Below, piece by piece: positions 54,667-64,000 of a stretch of DNA of 64,000 nt (position 1 is its first letter; every line of letters starts with the position of its first letter). The translations under genes were made by a program, and so were the position numbers. The DNA comes from a virus. The DNA is taken from IMG/VR virus record IMGVR_UViG_3300038443_001768; one strand, given 5' to 3'. The notes beneath the pieces were generated by a model that worked only from the letters and a program-made list of their open reading frames with translations, was not told where the DNA came from and made no database searches.

Positions 54667-57600
54667 GCCATGACCACCAAGATGACGCCCGACGAGGCGC
54701 GCAAGGTCACCCGTCCGCAGCCCCGGGCCGGTGATCGCTGTGTCTTCTACTCCGAGATGTTGCACGAGACCGTCGACTCCCATGGGCGGTGGTTTCTGGT
54801 GCGTGACTACACGGGCCAGGAAGTCACCGTCGTCCGTCACCTGCGAGGGGTCAACGACCCCGCCCCTGAGTACGACGGGCCGGGCGAGGACGACGTCGAA
54901 GACCACGACGCCGATGAGGGCGGCAAGGGGTGGTTCGAGTGCTCGCGCGGCTACATCGTCCGCGCTCTCGACGGACGCGAGTTCATGGTTCACGTCGAGG
55001 AAATCGACGGCTGGGACCGCGACCTTGGACAGTTCTACGGACCCTCCGGTGTTTGGGGCAGCGTTGAGTAACGAGCTATCCCAGCGCAGCACAGATTGTT
55101 CTACAACAACAGGAGCAACATGAAGACCTACGGTGAACCTGGCGGCGTGTACCTGACGTATGCGCTGAACCTCGATCGCGGCGCCTACGTGGTCGAGAAC
55201 GAGGCCGGAGACGAGCTTTACGCGTCTGGCTCTGAGGCCGACGCGCAGCGCTTCTGCGAAGACCTGATCCAGCGCGAGGCCGCCGCTCTCATGTACCAGT
55301 CGCAGGCGGCACGCGACGCTCAACGCGGCGGCTACGGAGGCCCTGCGTACTGGCAGTATCTGGACGACCATGCCTGCAAGATGCGCGACTACTGGCGCGC
55401 CCGTGGAGACGAGGAGCAGGCCGCCCTCATGTTGACCCGTTCGCTGGGTCAGGCGCTCGCTGGCAACGACGGCGAATAACAACCTCATCAGTTAGGAGCT
55501 ATCCATGTCCTACAACTCAGACGGCGAGCGCACCGTCCTCACTGACGACGCCTACAAAGAGGCGTTCGGTTGCGGGCGCGCCGCAGCCCGCGAGTACCTC
55601 AACAACCTCGAAGGCGCGACGCGCAGCGAGGCCCACTGCGACGACGTGCGCGAGTCGGTCCACCCGCGGGCGTTCTCGGAGGCGTTGGACGCCCTTGAGG
55701 ACTTCGCCGCCCTGCCCATCTCAGAGGCCGTCGATGACGGAATCAACGAGGCGTGGAACGAATTCATCCACGACGTCGCAGTCAACGACTACATCTAGAA
55801 CAACAACATGCCTAAGATCGCAGAGACCTACAACGGCTGGACCAACCGGCCGACCTGGAACGTCAACGTCTGGCTTTCCAACGATGAGAGCCTCTACTGG
55901 ACGGCCCTGGACGTGGTGCGTGGCTACAAGGAGCACACCACCAATTGGTCCGCGAAGGGTGCGGGCCAAGCGCTGCGCGAACTGGTCTTCGCGAACCGCG
56001 ACGACCGAGGCGGGTTCGGTGACCTGAGGCGCACCGAGCTATCCAAGGTCAACTGGACCGAGCTTGGCGCGGCCTGGCTCGAAGACATCATCCACGGCTA
56101 GGACCATGAGCATCATCGACCTCATCGCACTGACCCAGGCCTCTCTACTGGAGAGCGTCTTCGACTTCTACTACGACAACCCAGCGCGCCAGCCAGGAGG
56201 CTGGCACCGCGCTATCCGCGCTCACATCAAGGCGTAGCACATGAACATGGACCCCAACATCGTCCTGCTGACCTACCAGGGAGTCGTCCGCTATCACGGA
56301 CGGGTGGTTGTCACGGTCGGCGACGAGACGCTCTCGCAGGCCGTCGTACGCGCCCTGGACGCTGACCCCGACTTGCCGACGCCGCAACCGTGGGACCGCC
56401 TGCTCTTCCCGGACGCCGCGCCCGGCTCACAGTGGGCGACGCTGACGACGGAGCGGTTCCCGGCGCGCTCCATCAACCCCTTCAACGGCTAGGACGACAA
56501 CATGACACGCAAGGACTACGAGTCGATCGCGCTGGTGCTGCTGTCGGAGCGTTCGCGCTCGATGGGCGACGAGTTCGACAACGACGTTGCAGCCAAGGTG
56601 CTCGACAACGTCGCGTACGCGCTGGCCGTCGAATTCAAGGCCGACAACCCCCGGTTCGATCGGGACCGGTTCCTCATCGCGAGCGGCGCAACCCGAACCA
56701 GCCGCTAAGCGAGCTATCCAAGTTCTACATCTAGGAGCAACATGAAGGCCTTTGTCGTCTACATCGACACCGACGAACTCTCCGCCGCCGATCTGCGGGT
56801 GGCGGTCATCCTGGGGGCTGATTGCGGCGCAGACACCGAGCCCGCCGTGACCGTCGAGAGGATCGTCTACGACGGTTACCGCCTCGATGTCCGCACCGGC
56901 GAGCGCTCCGGACCCAAAGCCCTCACCCTGCGCTACAAGGCGCAGCCGCTCAGCCATGGTTACGCCGACAGCGACCCCTTCTAGGAGTACATGATGAACA
57001 ACGACATCCGCACCGCCAACGTCGAGGTCTCCGAGGCCCCTGGCGGTCGTGGCGGCTACCACATCGTCCGCTCGCACGGCATCGCCGGTACGTGGTGGGC
57101 GTGCTCGCGCAGTGGCGACGACGCCATCTCGATGGCTGTCTACGCGTCGCTGTTCGGTGAGTGCCCGCGCCGCCCGTGGGAGCCGCCGATGGCGCCCAAC
57201 GAGGTCGACGGCATGAGGTCGCCTCTGGCGGTGTCCTACGACAGCGAGGCCGATGCGCGAGAGGCCTTTGAGCGCATGGAGCGCGCGTGGTCGGCGGCCC
57301 TGCGGGGGACGCTGGTCGAGCTTCAGCCCTACGCGGAGGACGACGACTCAGTGACCCTCACCGACGAGGACTTCGAAGTCCTCAACCAAGGTGGCTATAT
57401 CAGCCTCCCCGACGGGCGCGTCGTCATCGACGGGCTCGACTGCTGCGCGCACGTCCTGACGCCGGGCACCTATTGGGGCGCGGACGGCAACTGCTACGAA
57501 GTACCAACCAAGATCACCAACAGCTAGGAGCACACCCAATGTCTGCGTTCGTCGTCAGCAAGGCCCATATCGATGCTATGATCACGGCCGCGATCGACCT

Positions 57601-58920
57601 GAACATCAACTACTGGAACGGCGAGAGGTGGTGCGTAGTCAGCGCCGCTACCGCCAACGAGGTCGGACAGGCGCTGGTCGACGAGTGCGTGCGTTCGGTC
57701 AGCTACCGCTACCCCAACGATGACGTCAAGGCCGGTGAATTGCCCGGTCCCGGCGACGCCTACTACGTCGAGCCGTACCAGTACATGCGCACGCGTAGGT
57801 TCTCCGACGCAGAGGTCCGGGACCTCGTTCGCTGCTACGAGTATCAGGCATGCGAACACCCTGGATGGCGGACCTCACCGGCCGAGTACTTCTGTCGCGC
57901 CGTCGAGGGCAAGCTGCTATCGCGCATCCCGGGCGAGGGCGCGCGTTGGGGCGTCGAAGCCGACGACGTCGGCTACGGCACACGCAACGACTTCAACATC
58001 ACCGATCTACTCAGCTAGGGGCAACGCCATGAACTCGATCAAGTTCCAGGCCATCTCTGAGGCGGCGGCGCGCGACCTCGACGGCAACGTTGTCGCGGCC
58101 TTCGACCTCGCCGACGAGGACGGCTGCTATCCCGCGGCGCTCATCGCGTGGCAGGGACGAGCCCATCCGACTCGTCACGGCACCCACATGGCGGTCGTGC
58201 CGCCTGATCGCGCAGTCTATTTCGTCGATGGCGCGTACGACTTCGCCGAATCCCTCGACGCTGTCAGTGACGCCTTCCATCGCTGGCTGCGCAAGAACCC
58301 CATCAACTAGGAGCTATCCACGTCGTGAAGAGCATTATCTTCTTCCGGGTCGATGTGCCCGGCATCGGTGACAGCGTTCGCGTCCAGGACGACGTCGCCG
58401 GCATTGACAGCAAGCTGCGGGCCGCACACCTGAACCACGACCTGACCATCGAGGTCACGACGTCGTCGGGGCGTGCGCTCGTTATCCCGATCGATCTGAT
58501 CGGGCCGTTCCGCGACTACCAGGACCGATGATGGAGTCCGCGATCACGCAGGACACGATCATGGCGGTAGCGCTGCGACATGATCCTTACGCCGAGTGGG
58601 CGTCCGACGAGCCGGACGAGAACTGCCTTCTCATCGCGCATCATGCGGTCGTGTTCCTGCTCGACCGTTACCCCGACGCCTACGAGGACCCCAACGTCCT
58701 CGCTATCGGCGATCACACACGCGTCGTCTTTCCGACCCTCAACAACTGGACCCTGTGGCGAACATCAACGAGCAGCGCGAGGTCGCGCAGCACATCATGT
58801 CGCTCATCGTCAAGGGCACGCCGCATGCCGACGCGCAGATCGCGGAGGCCGGTATGTGTCTCGCCGAACTGGTCATCGCGCTCGATCATTGGCGGCGTAC
58901 CGGCGGATTCGACCCCTACA

Positions 58921-58978
58921 GCGCGTAGCCATCAGAGGCCAAGTCATAGGATTTGGCCTCGATGAGTGCGAGCTATCC
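58921..58978 (+). repeat. 58-nt structured cassette copy C
   Basis: 57/58 identical to copy B. Confidence 0.85.
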
Positions 58979-61900
58979 AAGCCCTACAACTAAAGGAACA
59001 CCTATGCCTGTCGTTCACTTCACATCCTCAGACTCCTTCATGGAGTTAGACAATCGCGCCGCGCTGACCGCTGACGTCGAGGTCGTCGACTACGTCGAGG
59101 CCACCTACTGCGCCCTCCGCACGGGTCCCGACGGCGTCACCATCGCCGTCTACGAGGGCGGCGCATGGGAACTGCCGGACGGCCGCCGGTTCTCCGATTG
59201 GGCCGTCCGGGTCTAGGACATCAACATGATCGTCAACGGCACCACCTACCACGACCGCACCGACGAACGTGTCATCGCGGCCCTTGAGTGGGCGCGCGCG
59301 CGCCGCGTCCGTATCCGGGTCCACTACGGAACCACCGTGACCTCGATGCCCGCCTCGCTGGGCTCGCCTGTCGGGTCTGATTGGGGCGACACGTATCACG
59401 TCGAGGGCTACGTCGGGCGCTCCACCGGCAACGAGAAGATTCCATTGTTGGTCAACAACGCTCGATCCACAGGCGGCCCCGCGATCCTCGACGACTGCAT
59501 CGTCAGGGTCCGTATGGCGAACCGCTCCGAGGGTGGCGATATCTACCGCCACCCCTCATACTGTCCCCCGCCGCGTGGCGACTTCGACGAGAAGACCTAC
59601 AACCGACATTTCGCCTAAGCATGCCTACTACTCAGGAAATTCAAGCTGCTCGCGACGGCCTGCGGCGGCTCGCGCGGGTCATCAACCACGCGGCCGACGA
59701 ACTGCACCTTGCGTCGCTGTGCTCGTTGACCATCGACCGAAACCCCAACGACGACAACCTGCGAGATGATCAGCGCCGCTCAATCGACCATCACGTCGCG
59801 GCGGCGCGCGGCGTCATCGAGACCCAGCCGCCCCTGTACGCGTACGCGCTGTTCACGCTTCTATCCAAGCACGGACTCTAAGGACCCTACATGACCAAGA
59901 TCATCAACAAGCTCTTCGGCCGCTTCAAGGAGCAGCCGCTTTGGAGCGACGAGTCCTCGAACCAGCGCTGGTCAATTGGGCCGATCAAGTTGGAGTACAA
60001 GCCGAGCGTTGGTCTGACGTGGTGGCTCGGCAAGGGGTCGTCGCTAACCCTGGGCCGACGCCCTGGGTTCAAAGCTCTGGTCCCGGTGTGGGTGCCGGTC
60101 TTGCTCCCGGTGCGGCTGCGCATCTTCCACCGCGACGGCGTCACAGTGACGCTGCGCTTGCGTCGCCCGTACCTGACGCGCTGGGTGCTCTGCGTCGGCA
60201 CCTGGGCCTACGACGGCGGCGGGCGGCTCGCCAGGGGGCCTGAGTTCTACCGGCGCGTGGTGCTGACGTGGTGGCGGGTCACTCACCGCCCGCAGAGCGA
60301 CTACTACATCAAGCCCTGGTACGGCTACGGTGCGGACGGGCTGGAGTTGTTGTTCAGAGACCGCGAGGCACGCAAGGCCTCCAACGCTCCATTCAAGACC
60401 GACCCAGGTGTCGACTATCCCCGCGTAGAGCGCATCTGCCAGTTCCCGTGGGGATCGACGCCGCCGCGCGGATTCCCGCTCCGCATGGGTGTCCTGGACG
60501 GGTTCCGAGACTGGCGTCAGACCAAGTACTACAAGAAGGTGGCGGCATGACCATCAACCCCATCATCTACGACGCCGACGACTGGCGAGTCATCCGAATC
60601 AATCCGATCGACTTCCGGGTCGAGCGGCACTACAAGGGAACCGACCACGTGGACTCAGCGCTGGTGTCGCTGCGCGAGACCGTGCATCCTGGCCTGCGCG
60701 AGTTCATCGTCGTGCGCGGTCCGTTCTACAGCTATCAACTGCCCGCCGAGCTTGCGCGAGCCATGTGGCATGCAGTCACGCACGGCCTCGGCATCAGACT
60801 CTAAGGAGAAACAACATGTACCGCATGCAGCGCCGCTACGTCAGCAACCCCAACTACGAGCACGCGCTGGCCGTCTTCGCGGACGGTCTGCTCCGCAACA
60901 ACGACTACGACCGTCAGCTATGCGGGGCGGTCCTCCACGGCGGCTCCGATCGGTTCGGCTCGGACGTCTTCGACATCGTCGACCCCAACGTGGTACCGGA
61001 CCATTTCGTGCTCGGTCCGATCTTCGTCGGGCTGGGCTCCGACACGGACTGCGACGGCACCACCTACCACGCCGTCAAGATCGACGCCGACAACCTGCGC
61101 GACGCGCTGATCCAGGCGGACGAGTACCCGCACGTCTACAAGGTCATCACGCTTCGCGAGGCCGACGATGACGACATCTGGGAGGACGGCCGGAAGCCGG
61201 GCTGGGACGAGCGCGCCTACTTCCTCCAGGAGGGCTACGCCTCGTTGGGCGCGGATTGGAACCCGTGGGTCTACGACGACTCGCTCGGCACGGTGCTCGA
61301 TCACACCAACGACGTTCCGGTCATCAACGATGACGACCTCTACTACTGAGAGGAGCTATCCGATGTTGAACAACGAGTACATCATGTTCTTGGTCAAAAC
61401 TCGCCTGACCCAGGACTGCGACGACGTCGTGCTCGTCAAGGCGCGCGACCGTGAGGACGCCAAGCGGCAGGCGTTGCCGTTTCTCGGCCACTACGCCAAC
61501 GAATACGTGGTCGAGCCGTTGACGCGAAGGACGGACAACGTCATCGTCAGTCTCAGCTTCGCCCTCTCCTAGAAAGGACATCATGTACAACGCATTCGTC
61601 ATCTATCGAGACCGCATGGAAAGAGAGGCTCAGCATGGCCGATGAGTACGAAGACGATAAGAGAATCCTCCTCGTCGAGGACACCAAGACACAACTCATC
61701 GATGCGCTGGCCGACCTGATGCTGATCCATGGCGGCGACGGCTCGAAGGTCCAAGACGAGATTGAGCGCGCCTGGTCGTCAGCGCACCGCCACTACGAGG
61801 CCGAGAAGGACGGCGACTCCGAGGGCTTCACGCTCATGGTGTGCGCGCAGGACGGCAGCCGCTCGGTTCCGCTGCGCGAGTGGGTGACGCGATGACCGGC

Positions 61901-64000
61901 CGACAGATCGGCACCGTCGAAATCCTGCGTCTCAGGATCTACAACATCGACCCCGACGACGAGTACTCGGACGAGGTCGCGGTCGAGCCGGGCGAGTGCC
62001 CCGTCCTCGTCGAGGACGGCGTCTACTTCTGGCGCATGAGGGGCCGCCTCAGTCGCCGCGTCGGTGCTGACGTCGCGGCGCTCGGCGATGGAATGTTCAT
62101 GGTCTCGCCAGGCGTTGACGTTCAGGTCGGCGACGAGATTGAGTTCTCGTCGCGTCGGTTCTCCGCCGATGAGTTCCAGGCGCTGCTCAGCGACGACGTT
62201 TGTCGCGAGGGTGACACCTCTCAGCGCCTGCGTTTCAACATCAAGGAGGGGTATCTGCGATGAGACGCGTCAGGATCGAAGTCACCGAGTACTACATCAT
62301 CGATATCGGCGAGGAAAACGACGGCACGGACGCCGTCCTGGAACTCGACGAGATGGACTCAGACGATCGTGCCGCCGCCTACCAAGAGCGGTACGTCAGG
62401 GTCTTCGATGACAACACTGGCGGCGAGTTGCCGGTCGATCGGACGGTCGTGTGATGCTGCTGACGTTCTCCGTGTACTCCGCGGAGCCCTACCCAATCAA
62501 CGAGTCGTGGTATACGCTCGAAGAGGCTATCGAGGCCGAGTCCCACACCGTCGCCGCTGAGGCAAACGCGGATCACATCCCGGACCCGTCCGAGGACACG
62601 CGCGAGGCTTTCCGGCTGGAGGTCGTGCATGCCGCTACGGCGGCGTTGCAGCGGCCGGGCGACACCTACCGTGACCCGCTCGGGGTCGTGTGGTCGCTGG
62701 TCGAAGACCGCTCCCGAACCTAACGAAAGGACACCAAGATGAGCACCAAGTACGACGCCTACGTGGAGGCCATCAATCGCGCCGACGAGGCGATGCAGGA
62801 GGCGTTGCGCGTCTTGCCTCAAGACGCCAGCGAGCTATCCGTGCTGGTCACGAACGGAACGTTCCGTGACGTCCGTGCGACGCTCACGATGGCCTACGGG
62901 CTCCAGAGGGAGGCCCAGGATGGGACTCGCTGACATCGCCGCCCGCCTGGCGGCGTACGAGAACGAGGAACTCTCCTACGACGAGGAGGTCGAGTTGTTC
63001 CAGGAGTTGCTGGACACCGACGTGATCTACCATCTCCAGGGCTCGTACGGGCGCCGGATGCAGGAACTGATCGAGGAAGGGAAAGTGCGTGTCGCAGGAG
63101 GTAGCTGAGGTCGTCGTGTGGATCGAGACGCCGATCGACACCATCAAGTACACCATCAGAGGGATCGCCCGGAATGATGGAGCGCCCCTGGGTGGCGTCT
63201 ATGTCGAGCGCGAGACCGACGGCGGCGTCGATCAGGCGCAGGCCGAGGTCGTCCAGCACGGGCCTAGGCTTCTCCTGGACTTCATCCAAGGCTGGCTCAG
63301 CGAGAGCATCATCGATGATGACGACGAGCACGACCGGCGGTGGAATCAGCGCCCGGTGGGCCTATGGTCGCTGATCTGGCGGGCCTGGATGGACGCTGCG
63401 GGGGCGCCCACGGCGTGAGAGTTGTCCGGTATCTAGTCGAGCACATCGCGATCTGCGCAGGTTTCGTGAACGGAACCAGGCACTTCAACGAACGAAAGGA
63501 CTGAGCAATGATGAGACTTGAGGAAACCATCACGGTGGAGCGAACTGGCCGCTCCATCGCCTACCGAGGCAGCTACCGAGGCGGCGTCCTCACCATCATC
63601 GACCATCGCGGGTACGTGATGACTCCCGAGGAGTTGGGCTACGCGGTCGGCGACGAGGCATATGAGAGGTCCCTGAGCCTGCGTCGTAAGCGCGCGCTCG
63701 AACTCTGCAAGCTCATCTTCGGTGGCTTCGTTGCCGACGAGGAACGCGGTGACGACCAGGCCTCGTACTACGCGACCCGACTTCACCGCTTCCACCTGCG
63801 CGGTGTCGACCGCACCGAGCAGGGCGTACGCTGGGTGTGGGAGTACGAGACCTTCTCCCCCTACACGGACTGATGATCGTTCTCGGCATTTTCTGCGTCG
63901 TCGTGGCGAGCGGGGCGCTGATCCTCGCAGGCGACGCATTCGTGCGTTCGGTCGATGATCTCAATCCCGTGCCGCGTGTCCTTGCTGCGCTGGCCCTGTC

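Larger units (their letters stand above)
52544..62840 (+). repeat. 16 co-oriented GAGCTATCC motifs
   Basis: At 52544, 52718, 52895, 53426, 53894, 54126, 54297, 54622, 55073, 55496, 56036, 56711, 58311, 58970, 61353, 62832. Confidence 0.9.
49342..63873 (+). other. Arm of roughly 45 small co-oriented hypothetical genes (early/host-takeover-type region)
   Basis: Dense short ORFs with AGGA/GGAG RBS, all on plus strand; almost no recognisable domains. Confidence 0.7.

Noticed and set aside
53377-58978. CRISPR array
   Set aside because: Repeats are dispersed between genes at irregular distances, with no spacers and no cas genes

Overview
64 kb slice of a high-GC tailed dsDNA phage genome. The host is probably an actinobacterium (inferred from the Rpf-like enzyme and many leaderless genes). 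Left part (minus strand): HK97-type head/neck module with a portal-MuF fusion, prohead protease, major capsid, adaptor and neck proteins, interrupted by a class II ribonucleotide reductase. Middle: ThyX, CCA-adding enzyme, 2OG-Fe(II) oxygenase, Rpf-like transglycosylase, HNH nucleases, Pth2, sialidase-like and beta-helix tail proteins, and three tRNA operons with 37 tRNA genes covering all 20 amino acids, only one with an encoded CCA. The strongest signal is a hidden RNA layer. It includes a compact phage-encoded RNase P RNA (41177-41471, minus), a circularly permuted tRNA mimic with Y-RNA (YrlA)-like topology, several unexplained structured RNAs in or beside the tRNA operons, and a 12-bp tRNA minihelix in the leader of the right arm. 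With the CCA enzyme and Pth2, these suggest a largely self-contained tRNA maturation and recycling system whose tRNAs often lack host modification determinants. A ~2.2 kb non-coding, repeat-rich divergence region (47.1-49.3 kb) is followed by a plus-strand arm of many small early-type genes, punctuated by 16 co-oriented GAGCTATCC motifs and conserved hairpin cassettes. All calls were made by eye; no searches were run.
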